A stretch of 64,000 bases of DNA from Wickerhamiella versatilis (lineage: Eukaryota): assembly GCA_030867685.1 (NCBI GenBank), contig JAQOWU010000003.1:310001-374000 (forward strand), in the 5' to 3' direction. The notes beneath the pieces were generated by a model that was given only the letters and a program-made list of their open reading frames with translations, searched no databases and was not told where the DNA came from. Positions 42,035-52,157 of the stretch are shown piece after piece (within the stretch, counting starts at the first letter, position 1; the number at the start of each line of letters is the position of its first letter). A program made the position numbers and the translations under genes.

Positions 42035-43597
42035 ATGGCATCACGCTGGAAGATTGACCGGTCGATTATTCTGGCGTTTATTTCCGGCCTGTGCTGGATG
42101 ACCCAGGGAACAGGTCAAGCAAACCTGGGGAATTCCACCACGTTGCCGATGTATAAAAAGCACTTTGGAATGCTGAACTCCTCAGAGGAAGGGATTTCAG
42201 CCTCAGAGAAGTCCCATAGATCGCTAATTTCCGGCCTGGTTGTCGCATTGTATGAACTGGGGCTTGCTGGTGGTGGGCTTTCGACCTATTTCTTTGGCGA
42301 CAAGCTGGGAAGGAAGAATACCACGTACCTAGCCGCAGCAGTAATTATTATTGGCACCGTGCTGGAGTCCAGTGCGTTCCAGCTGGGACACTTGATTGTG
42401 GGAAGGATCGTGGCTGGACTTGGAGTCGGCGCGATCACGGCCACCGTGCCAGCGTGGATGTCAGAGACTGTTTCGCCGAAGCATCGAGGCTCGCTGGTAC
42501 TCTCGGGTGCTGGATTCGCGATTAGCGGGGTGGCCATGATGTCGTGGACTTGTTTGGGTATGTATATCCATCAGTTTGACTATGAAATAGCTTGGAGATT
42601 TCCTCTCGCGCTGCAGGGAATCTTCGCGGTCGTCAATATTGTTGCTATCACGTTTATTGACGACTCGCCACGCTCCCTAGTTAGACGGGGAAGACGTGAG
42701 AGGGCCTATAATGTGCTGTCCAAGAATCGCAGCGGTGAAGATGTGGATGCCATCGATACCGAGTTTGCCGAAATTATCCAGGCCTATGAAAACGAAATAA
42801 TGGCAAAAGATAAATCGCCCTGGTCGTTCAATCAGCACAAACAGTTCCGCCGTACCGTCAGCGCCATAATACTCTCCGGACTGTGCCAATTAGCAGGAAT
42901 CAACCTTATTACATTCTATGGCGCAATAATTTTCGAGGACGATATTGGACTGTCTGTGGTCCGATCACGGGTTGCCCTGGCTGGTTTACAAACGTGGCAG
43001 GCCATCTGCGGTGGGCTCTCGGCTTTTTTCGTGACCAAGTTTGGACGACGGAACTTGGTTCTCGGCGCATCGGCCACAATGTGTATCTGCTTCTGCTGCT
43101 GTGCAGGATTGGATTCCGTTGATTCCACGAATACGAAATACGGAATTCTAGCATTTGATGCAGTTCAACTGGCGGCCTTTCCCATTGGCTTGCTCATTAC
43201 ACCATTCCTGATTGGCAGTGAGATTTCGGGTCTTCTCTGCCGCTCAGCTGTAATGGCGTGTGTTTCTGGCATTAATTGGCTGATGAATTTTGTTCTCGCC
43301 TTCGTCACTAGCCTTGCTTTCGATAAAATTGGCTACAGGTACTATATAGTGTACGCGGCCACAAATGCAACGCTGTTTGTCTTCACTTTCTTATTTATTC
43401 CTGAGACTGGCGGCCTAACTTTGGAAGAAGTCGACCAGGCCTACGTTGATTCGCAGTCGCCTTTCGACATTGTTAAGTGCATGAAGGCGGTTAAGGATGC
43501 AGGACACGTAGCACCTGAGCCACTGTGGAGGTCCGAATCTAAGGATGAGATGAAGCCAACGGCTGAAATGATTGAGGACGTAGATGAAGGACGTTAA
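42035..43597 (+). CDS. Sugar porter (MFS), Stl1-like polyol/sugar transporter
   Basis: LYELG, GDKLGRK, GRIVAGLGVG, VPAWMSET, AWRFPLALQ, DSPRSL, QLAGINLITFY, FGRR, PETGGLTLEE. Confidence 0.88.
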   Translation: MASRWKIDRSIILAFISGLCWMTQGTGQANLGNSTTLPMYKKHFGMLNSSEEGISASEKSHRSLISGLVVALYELGLAGGGLSTYFFGDKLGRKNTTYLAAAVIIIGTVLESSAFQLGHLIVGRIVAGLGVGAITATVPAWMSETVSPKHRGSLVLSGAGFAISGVAMMSWTCLGMYIHQFDYEIAWRFPLALQGIFAVVNIVAITFIDDSPRSLVRRGRRERAYNVLSKNRSGEDVDAIDTEFAEIIQAYENEIMAKDKSPWSFNQHKQFRRTVSAIILSGLCQLAGINLITFYGAIIFEDDIGLSVVRSRVALAGLQTWQAICGGLSAFFVTKFGRRNLVLGASATMCICFCCCAGLDSVDSTNTKYGILAFDAVQLAAFPIGLLITPFLIGSEISGLLCRSAVMACVSGINWLMNFVLAFVTSLAFDKIGYRYYIVYAATNATLFVFTFLFIPETGGLTLEEVDQAYVDSQSPFDIVKCMKAVKDAGHVAPEPLWRSESKDEMKPTAEMIEDVDEGR

Positions 43598-44534
43598 GGT
43601 TCGTTCCTCCTCCATTTACGAGATAATGTCATGTCGTATGTGATGGTTAATACGTAATAATTTGCGATAGAGCTCACCTGAATATGCAGGGAGCCTACTA
43701 AAAGAAATATATTCTGTGTTAACAACTGTTTAGCGATTCTAAATTGAAAAGTCTAGGAAGCTCGCCGTTACCTCCCTGCTCATGCCTCACTTTCATCGCG
43801 TGGGTTTTCAATGATCGACAAGTGATGGCTAACTGGGATATAGAGGTCTTCGCAAAACTAGAAGGTATTGGATAGGGCTTCAACAAGGTGTATAGATAGT
43901 CCATCAGCTGATATATATATTGAATATTAAAACATCATTATTCGTTCTTCTATTGAGGTCTTATTCCGAGATTGAAATATAGGAGCTAGCTTGATATTCA
44001 GTTATTGCAGTACGACGCAGGCGGTCACGTGATGTACTTCTGGGGTGTGAAGGAGCTTTTACCTAGTTTGTACAAGCACCGCATCGCAAGCCGCCAGACT
44101 TATTTATATAGAATATACCCACCAACACTGCAAATTTCAGATTTTTGGATTCAATGTTTCATCGGCGGTGTTAGCAGCGTCGTGAAATCGATTTAAAGAT
44201 GGGTGCAAGGGGTAAGATATGGCGAGGGGTAACAGGTGATGGGGGGTCCTTCAGCCTCCAGTTCCTCAAACACTTGTCCCTCACAACCGTCCGACCTGAG
44301 TGGTAGTGGTAAAAGGCACTAAGTCGAACCAGGATGTATCGATGTGTCCCGTTAGTATTAACCAGAAATATTGTCCAACTGACCTCACTACCCTGATTTT
44401 CTAGCTGATAAATAAGTACATAGGGACATATTACATACCATAAGACTGCTACTACAGAGACCAGCATAAGCTAATAGTCTATCATATCTCCAGTAACGTT
44501 ACTTAATCGGCGATAGTCGGTTGATTGGCAAATC

Positions 44535-45470
44535 ATGGAGAGACTGGACATAGAGGAAGAGGAGGAGCCACGCAGGCATTCAATTTCCAATGCAATGGTC
44601 CTTTACTTCCTCTCTCTCGTGTTTGGTACCCTCATGACCGCATTTTCAAAGTTGGCGGTCCTCCAGACCGATCTGTTTGTTATGATGATGGGGCGCATGA
44701 TTATTACCGGGACACCAGCGCTTGTCATTCTCAGCTATACCAGGGAGCCCGGCTTTTGCTTCGGACCGCCGGGAAGTGTAAGGTGGCTATTAGTTGCACG
44801 GGGGTTTGTGGGTTTTCTCAATCTAGCGTGCCAATATTATGTTTTGCGATACATGAATCTCTCAGACTACACTTTTTTCAACTTCCTTACGCCCCTAGGA
44901 ACTGCATTTGCCGCTCACTGGCTACTCAATGAACACTATGTGTGGCAACAAGCAGCTGCATCTGCACTGTCATTGATTGGTGTGATCGTCATTGCCAGGC
45001 CATCTATTTTATTTCATGGTATAAGTGACGAGAGGCCTCCAGCCCTTGCAGTTGCTCTTCAGTTGCTTCAGGTCCTTGGATCTGTAGCGACAAATATTCT
45101 TTTGCGATGTATAGGTGGCAGAGCACATCCATTAGCTGCTGTTTCCCAGTTCGCCCTGCAGACGTTTTTGGGCTCGGCAGTTGTAACATGCTTTCGGATT
45201 AGGTCGCTGGATGGGCTTCTCCTTTCGTGGTACGAATGGCTGATCGTCATTCTGGTGGGAGTTTTCGGCCTGATATATCAGTACCTGATGACTCGGTCCT
45301 TGGCAATGGAAAAGGCGAGCACTCTTTCGCACCTGGACTACTCTAAAATATTAATGGCTATGACGTGGGGGTATCTGCTTTTCCATGACATTCCAGACCT
45401 GATATCTATCCTAGGGGGTGGAATTATTATTGCAGGAATATTCCTGTCTAATAGAGCTCGTTCACAGTAA
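44535..45470 (+). CDS. EamA/DMT-family membrane transporter
   Basis: 311 aa, about 10 TM; FGPPGSVRWLLVARGFVG, FLTP, LLNEHY, IARPSILF, LRCIGGRAHPL, EKAS, LFHDIP. Confidence 0.85.
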   Translation: MERLDIEEEEEPRRHSISNAMVLYFLSLVFGTLMTAFSKLAVLQTDLFVMMMGRMIITGTPALVILSYTREPGFCFGPPGSVRWLLVARGFVGFLNLACQYYVLRYMNLSDYTFFNFLTPLGTAFAAHWLLNEHYVWQQAAASALSLIGVIVIARPSILFHGISDERPPALAVALQLLQVLGSVATNILLRCIGGRAHPLAAVSQFALQTFLGSAVVTCFRIRSLDGLLLSWYEWLIVILVGVFGLIYQYLMTRSLAMEKASTLSHLDYSKILMAMTWGYLLFHDIPDLISILGGGIIIAGIFLSNRARSQ

Positions 45471-46652
45471 AAAACAGCCAATCATTGCTCTTAGCTGCTG
45501 ATCGGGGTGTCTGCCGATAGCCTCCTGCATCAATATAATTCAACCTCCTGGAACAGGTGCCGTGCCAGCAGTTTTTATTATTCTTATATCAAGAGATTTC
45601 AAGCACATTATGCATTCCTTATAGAGACATTCTGAGTTTTTTTCTATCTACAACTCGTCTAACGTACCCCTCCCCGGTCTAGCTTTGCAGCTGATCAGCT
45701 ACATAAAAAGGCATATTACTTATCTGTATGCAGGCTATAATCAGTCATAATGAATCCGAAGACAACCCTGGATTGAGCCTTATTCTTGTCACATTCGATA
45801 TGAATAGCCTATTTAGTGACACTTCACATGACATGCGTCCGTCATTTGTATCTGCCCGCACATCCGCCTGTCATCACCAGATAAAATCAACTTATCATAT
45901 TACTAAACCGTTTTCTTGGAGATAACGGCGCAGCTAAACACATTTAGACCATTTTTTCTACTGTTTAGCATACAAATATTATCTTGCCAGCTTCCCACTG
46001 GTGCCGGAAATTCTTCGACCCTTCTGCAGCTCGCACCCTAGGATCCAGCTAGAGGTTCTATTCTGTGGTTCTTTCCAATGAGCTTCAGGGATGTACCACC
46101 ACGCAATGATTTTGGGATCTTGACTATAAGGCTCCAAAATATGCGTACTATCCATTTTCTTGATGGAGATCATATTTAGTGTGTCCCTGGTGAGGGTCTT
46201 TGCTGAGATTGAAACAGTAATAAACTCGAACGAGTTCTTTTGGATGCTTTAGTGACAGGGACAGGCATTGACGTCGTCGTGGAACAGCACATGGAATTTC
46301 AATATTGAAGGGAAATGCCATTGCCATTCACCAATGAGTTTAAAGGGGTTTACCGTATTATTCCTACTTGGTGAAAGCCTTTTCATCTCCTCGATCGAAT
46401 CTGGGAAGGACGTGCTCACGCAGTTCAGCAATTTAGTCTCTATCTGCATTTATAGACGCAACCATAATTGGCAATGGCTAACGGTGGGTGGAGAAATTTA
46501 TTCTTTGTAAAATCTGCATAAACCTGCTAGCTCCTAGCTAGGAATACTTGTTTAACGGATCTTTATTTTCACCTGATTTTGACCAGCAACATCCAAATCT
46601 TTTTTTACTTCCACCAAGAAAGTCACCCAAGAACCTGGCTGAAATGGGTTCG

Positions 46653-48335
46653 TCAATGAAGCACCTGTAATAATTCGTAATACCACATGAGCATCGACAC
46701 ATGCCCATCAATCGAGCTATGCTCGTTCACGGTGTGCGCATTGCTATCCATCAGCAAGACGGGTCTGTATCGGTAGATGTTCCTTGTTAGGCGGGAGAAG
46801 TGGGCAGTATCCGTGTTTCCTGAATTAAGGGTTGGCGAGAAGTATACGGGCCCCATCTCTAGGATTGTCTCATAAATGTGACGCGTGGTTCCGCCCAATA
46901 AATCCCAGATAGGTCCCGAGGAGGGCGAGTTCCCCACCGGTTCCAGCGAATTAAAATTATCGACGCGCAGCAAACCGCCCGCTGTGGCCGGTATGACTGT
47001 CTCATTGTTCAGCACAAGCCCCAATCCGTATTCGGTGGCCACTGACGACGCGAGGTGCATGTACCTATTCGTGACATCCTGCACCGACGAGTCCAGGCTT
47101 ATACGATAGTTGGTGGTGACTTCCACGAGCTCCGGCAGAGCATTAACCTTTACACCACCACTAACCACATCCACAGCCTGGGTGGTGGCAACATATGCAC
47201 GGCCCCGTCTGTCGTGGGAGACCTCCTTGGCAAGCGACTGGCGCTGCCGGGAACTCGCGGCCAGATTAGACCACTTGCTACGCGAAGAGTCGTCCAGCAG
47301 TGGGGAATGCGCGGCATAGCAGCCCAGCTGCATCACCAGGGGGTGGGTCTCGCTCAGGTACGGTTGGAACAGGTCGACGTTCTCGAGCCGCCTAACCACC
47401 TCTGACGCAATGCCAATCCCGGTGTGGTCCGGTGGCATGGATGAGTGGCCGCCTGGCGTCTCGATCCGAAGTCGAATATCTGCATAGCCCCGCTCTGCTA
47501 TGGTGGGAAGCGCGTAGAGGGCGCCAGACTCATACCACAGGCCGGTTCCCTCATCAACGATGAAGTGGATCGAGTCCACGCCATACCGGGCCTCGATTTC
47601 CTCGGCCAGCGAAGCTGCGCCCCGTGGTCCACCGACCTCCTCGTCGTACCCAAAGCTTAATAGGACCGTGCGGGCCGGCGTCCAATCCTGGGCCAGTAGA
47701 CTTTCCACGGCTTCCAGAATGGCAATGAGGGAATTCTTGGTATCCGCACTACCACGGCCCCAAACGTACTCCCCATCAAAATAGCCCGAATATGGTGGAT
47801 GTGTCCACTGGTGGACAGTTTGGGGATTCACGGGCACCACGTCCTGATGGGCCATAAGGACAACCGGCGGCAGGTCAGGATCCTCACCCTGGATAGTATA
47901 AAGAAGTCCATAGTGATTCACTTTTTCCACCAATTCGGAGACCTTGGGGAACGTCTTGTTCAAGTAGGCATGGAACTCGTTAAAAATCTCGAACCGACTG
48001 TCCTCCCTGGGATCGAATGGCATATCATCATAAGCCTCAGTAGGGATACGAACGGCAGCTCCCAGTATCTCAGCACTCTTTTGCTTGTATTCTGGGCTTA
48101 GGAATATCGTGGAGTTGTCGTAGACATCCTGTCGAGGCGCCACAACAGGAGGTTGGGGGCAATTGGGGCTCTCGGTGGTGCCTAGATGGCCCCAGGATGC
48201 GTAGATGCCGCACAGCAGCAGAACGCCAGCAACCAATGCAGCCACATTGCCCCTCCTCCTGAACTTCCCCGACGGTTCGCCGGCACCAGGAAGCTCGATA
48301 GGCATAGCCTGACTAATTGGGAATCGCCCTAACAT
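46653..48335 (-). CDS. CPS1: Gly-Xaa carboxypeptidase (M20 family, vacuolar type II membrane)
   Basis: N-terminal TM; LMAHQDVVP, WGRGSADTK, GYDEE, VDEG, PGGHSSMPP, GGVKVNALPE, GNTDT, AHTVNE. Confidence 0.9.
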   Translation of the reverse strand: MLGRFPISQAMPIELPGAGEPSGKFRRRGNVAALVAGVLLLCGIYASWGHLGTTESPNCPQPPVVAPRQDVYDNSTIFLSPEYKQKSAEILGAAVRIPTEAYDDMPFDPREDSRFEIFNEFHAYLNKTFPKVSELVEKVNHYGLLYTIQGEDPDLPPVVLMAHQDVVPVNPQTVHQWTHPPYSGYFDGEYVWGRGSADTKNSLIAILEAVESLLAQDWTPARTVLLSFGYDEEVGGPRGAASLAEEIEARYGVDSIHFIVDEGTGLWYESGALYALPTIAERGYADIRLRIETPGGHSSMPPDHTGIGIASEVVRRLENVDLFQPYLSETHPLVMQLGCYAAHSPLLDDSSRSKWSNLAASSRQRQSLAKEVSHDRRGRAYVATTQAVDVVSGGVKVNALPELVEVTTNYRISLDSSVQDVTNRYMHLASSVATEYGLGLVLNNETVIPATAGGLLRVDNFNSLEPVGNSPSSGPIWDLLGGTTRHIYETILEMGPVYFSPTLNSGNTDTAHFSRLTRNIYRYRPVLLMDSNAHTVNEHSSIDGHVSMLMWYYELLQVLH

Positions 48336-49391
48336 CGGATTTTTCTGAGGGAATATTCAGAAACCCTGGTTGGCCCCCTGTGCTAAGGAAAATAATCATA
48401 TAGTTTTTTTTTGAACCGGGTGCCTAAATTACTTGAATAAACATCAGAAAAAAAAATTAGGATGCAGTCTAATGTGAACCACTTTGTCGACACATCCAGT
48501 CCACGACACACGGACACAGGTCCGCGCGTCTCTGCGACGTGGCCACTCATACGCATTTTGAGAAAGAGGATGAAAAATACACGAGCAGAGTTACATCGCT
48601 ATAGCCAAATGAAACAGGGAAATTTTTGCTGGCCTTATCGCGTGGTGCCCGCGATCTCACCTCTAGACCATCTGGGGCAGCCGTTAATCATCCCCAGGCA
48701 CCAGCGATGAAACTGGTAATCTGGATGACTCAGCGGCCTAAAATAGGAAATGTCTTGTTTTCACGATTGTCGTCGTCAAGGCTAGGGATCGGTCTGATCG
48801 CGTCCAGGAACGGCCACGGGGAGATTTTTTGACGGTATAGACATCTACATATATATATTAAAAAGGTCCTGCTCAGCTCTAGCCTGGATCTTTTTTGCGT
48901 ACGCTTATCGGCAAGCTGATACGGAGGCCCGGACCACCTCAACCGGAAGGATAAATTTTAAGCGAAGCAAAAATTGGATATCTCGGGTACCATACCCAAT
49001 GGCAATTTATTATTGTAAGAAAGCGTTTACCTGGCCCGCGAATAATCCCGTAAAGCCAGCAAAGGTATCTTCTTCACACTGGACAAGGATAAGGGCAGGG
49101 TAGAGACACGTGCATACCAGCGAAAAGTGACAAACGTGAACTAGGGCGCTTCCAACCAGTGTACGACCTTATTTATTTCATATATAAATTCACTAGAGTT
49201 TTCTTCAGGTAACCCGATAATAGTCAATTGCCGGAATTGGGCCCACATCTTCTTTTCGAAAACGATCGATTTTCGTGTAGTCGGTAATGACGTAATACCC
49301 TTGCCCATCTGAAAACCTTTTACCGAAGAACTGCCATATTTATATAGAATAAATCCACCACCCATCGAAAACAACAGAAATACAGATAAAC

Positions 49392-50879
49392 ATGGCTCAG
49401 GTATTATCTGCTAAGACATTGAACAACCTTCCTTCCCAGGTGCATGTGCCTTCATATGATAGAACGAAAGTCACCCCCGGCTACGTTCACATTGGGGCAG
49501 GAAACTTCCACAGAATGCACCAGGAAGTCATAATGAACAAGGTACTCTCGCAGCCTGGTAATGAGCATTGGGGTGTTGTTGGCGCCGAGATGCTGAGCAC
49601 ACCTGGCTCTGTGCAAAAGTCGGCGAGCCTGAAGGCCCAGGATGGCCTATACACCTCCACAGAATACGACTTCGAGGGTAAGCCTAGTACGCAGGTTATC
49701 GGCTCGATGATCGACTACGTCCATGTGCCTGACGATCCTGCGGGTTTTATTAACCTGCTCAGCTCGCCAAACATCCGCATCGTTGGTCTTACCATCACGG
49801 AGGGTGGCTACAACATTGATGAGGCCACCGGCAAGTTCCGTGTCAACTCTGAGGATGTGCAGCACGATTTGAAGAGTGATATTCCTAAGACGGCATTTGG
49901 CTTTATCGTCAAGGCTCTGGAGCGTCGTCGCCGGGCCGGGATCCCGCCGTTCACTGTTATGTCCTGTGACAACCTCCGTCATAACGGTGACACTGCTCGC
50001 AAGGCCTTGCTCGGATTTTCTGAAGCCGTGAGCCCTTCACTTGCTGAATGGGTTGAGGACAACGTCTCGTTCCCTAACAGCATGGTGGACCGGATTGTGC
50101 CTTTTGTGACGGAGAAGGAGTCCCATCGTCTAAACCAGCGCAGCGGTATAAACGACCAAGCTCCGGTTTATGGCGAAACTTTCTTGGAATGGGTTATGGA
50201 GGACAAGTTCTGTAATGGCAGGCCGGATCTCGCTGCTTTCGGGGTGCGGTTGCGCAATGACGTGTCACTCTTCGAGACGAAGAAGGGCCGCATTTTGAAC
50301 GCGTGCCATACATTCCTCTCGTACCCCGCTATCCTGAGTGGTATTGAGATTGTTTCTGATGCGATGAACAACCAGCCGATATATGGCTTCCTGACCCGTT
50401 TGTTGGGCCGGGATATTCTGCCAATTCTTGAAGGTCCACCTGGTGTGAACTTGCACGAGTATGCCGATATCGTCCTCCAGAGGTTCGGCAACGCCGCTAT
50501 TGAGGACCAGACCTTGCGTCTTGGCCACTTCGGCTCTGCCAAGATCCCGGTCTTCCTCCGGGCCACCATCGAAACTCTTATTGAGGAAGACAAGGACATC
50601 GACGGAATTGCGTTCTTCATCGTATGCTTTGCCCGTTACCTCAACGGTGTTGATGACAAGGGCAACAAGTTTAAGGTTGTCGAACCGGCCCTTTCAAAAG
50701 AGGACTGGGAGGAGCTGAAAGCTGCAGATGGTCTTGGCGTACTTCGTACCTCAGTACTCTCTCCTCTGCATCTTGATAAGAACCAAAAATTTGTGAAGGC
50801 ATTCCATCACGCTAATGAGACAATTGCCAAGGTTGGTGTTCAGCAGGCCATCATTGATGATACGACTGGCCGGTGGTAA
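49392..50879 (+). CDS. Long-chain mannitol/D-arabitol/sorbitol dehydrogenase (polyol-specific family), bacterial-like
   Basis: VHIGAGNFHRMHQ, LKAQDGLYT, LTITEGGY, FTVMSCDNLRHNG, FPNSMVDRIVP, EWVMEDKFCNGRP, KGRILNACH, RFGN.AIEDQ. Confidence 0.9.
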   Translation: MAQVLSAKTLNNLPSQVHVPSYDRTKVTPGYVHIGAGNFHRMHQEVIMNKVLSQPGNEHWGVVGAEMLSTPGSVQKSASLKAQDGLYTSTEYDFEGKPSTQVIGSMIDYVHVPDDPAGFINLLSSPNIRIVGLTITEGGYNIDEATGKFRVNSEDVQHDLKSDIPKTAFGFIVKALERRRRAGIPPFTVMSCDNLRHNGDTARKALLGFSEAVSPSLAEWVEDNVSFPNSMVDRIVPFVTEKESHRLNQRSGINDQAPVYGETFLEWVMEDKFCNGRPDLAAFGVRLRNDVSLFETKKGRILNACHTFLSYPAILSGIEIVSDAMNNQPIYGFLTRLLGRDILPILEGPPGVNLHEYADIVLQRFGNAAIEDQTLRLGHFGSAKIPVFLRATIETLIEEDKDIDGIAFFIVCFARYLNGVDDKGNKFKVVEPALSKEDWEELKAADGLGVLRTSVLSPLHLDKNQKFVKAFHHANETIAKVGVQQAIIDDTTGRW

Positions 50880-51282
50880 ATGCCATCCTCAACTGGGATG
50901 ACTTAAAAAAAACTCAAAATGCGATCAAGGATTGCTGCTGTATTATTTAATATCTTCGGAAAACAGATGTGCTCAATTAGATGTAGTTTTAAGTAATTTA
51001 TTCTATCTTTTAAGGAAACACCCGAGGCAGGCAGGCCAGCAGAAGTAGAATTGGTGGTGAAGCAGTATCCTCACACGATGTGAGTACACTATTCCTTTCA
51101 TTTCTCCAATCACTATGCAATAAGACACAATATTCTTATCACTACCCCGGATTAATTGCGCGAATCCGGAGGTTTTAATATGACAGTAACACCGATACCG
51201 GGCCGACACCGGTATCAATCTGACTAATGACTCGTAATAAAAGTCGATGCTCGCATTGCGTTGCAGCCATTCGTAATTGACA

Positions 51283-52104
51283 ATGACAACTTTCAGTGAA
51301 AATTCGTATAATTTTGAGAACTACCTAAAGTTTCGGCCCACGTATCCATTGTCACTATTCCAGTGTCTGCAGGATTACATAGGAGAGCCGGTTATCGAGG
51401 CAGTCGACCTTGCTTGTGGGACAGGCCAAGCCGCCCAGGAGATAGCGAAATTTTCCAAACACGTCACTGGTATAGATCCATCTGCAGGTATGATTCAACA
51501 AGCCCCTAAGTTGCCAAATGTTGACTATATGGTTGGAAGCGATGCTACCATCACCGAGCTAGTTCCCCCACACTCGGTGGATTTAGTTACAATAGCAGAA
51601 GCCCTGCACTGGATGGATTTTCCGACGTCGTGGTCGCGAATACATCAGATTTTAAAACCTGGTGGGGTCTTTGCCGCCTTTTCATACTACCTTTTCACTT
51701 TTGTTGACCACCCGGAGTCAGGCCCCATTATTGCAGACTTCTTTCTCGGCGAGGATAAATGTGCACCGTACTGGGATAAAGGACAACGCCAATTAAACGA
51801 CCTGTATGCCGAAATTAAAGTGCCAACCCAATACTTTTCTGACGAGGTCCGTGTGATCAATTCGAAAGATCAATTGGCCCGTGACCATCCTTTTGAAATC
51901 ATTAAATACGACGTTCCAGTGAGACAAATGATAAATATGATGGCAACCTGCTCCGGCTACCACAACTGGAGAAAGGCCAACCCGGGCAAACCGGACATAG
52001 TTGCAGAAACCGAAAAGAGGCTCTTAGCCGCAACAAAACTTTCCCTTGATTCAAAGGTCACCGTTAAATATGAGTCAGTTTATATATTTGCAAAGGCTAA
52101 GTAA
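51283..52104 (+). CDS. Class I SAM-dependent methyltransferase (Tmt1/Crg1-like)
   Basis: Y..FRPTYP, VDLACGTGQ, GIDPSAGMI, SVDLVTIAEALHW, LKPGG, PYWDKG, TCSGYHNW. First ATG 51283. Confidence 0.88.
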   Translation: MTTFSENSYNFENYLKFRPTYPLSLFQCLQDYIGEPVIEAVDLACGTGQAAQEIAKFSKHVTGIDPSAGMIQQAPKLPNVDYMVGSDATITELVPPHSVDLVTIAEALHWMDFPTSWSRIHQILKPGGVFAAFSYYLFTFVDHPESGPIIADFFLGEDKCAPYWDKGQRQLNDLYAEIKVPTQYFSDEVRVINSKDQLARDHPFEIIKYDVPVRQMINMMATCSGYHNWRKANPGKPDIVAETEKRLLAATKLSLDSKVTVKYESVYIFAKAK

Positions 52105-52157
52105 GTGCTGGACGTAATATTATATAGTTGTTTCTAAATCAATATAGCGCGTCGCCT

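Noticed and set aside
16265-50879. xylB and mannitol dehydrogenase as remnants of one transferred bacterial operon
   Set aside because: They are over 30 kb apart, separated by fungal genes, and appear to resemble different bacterial groups.
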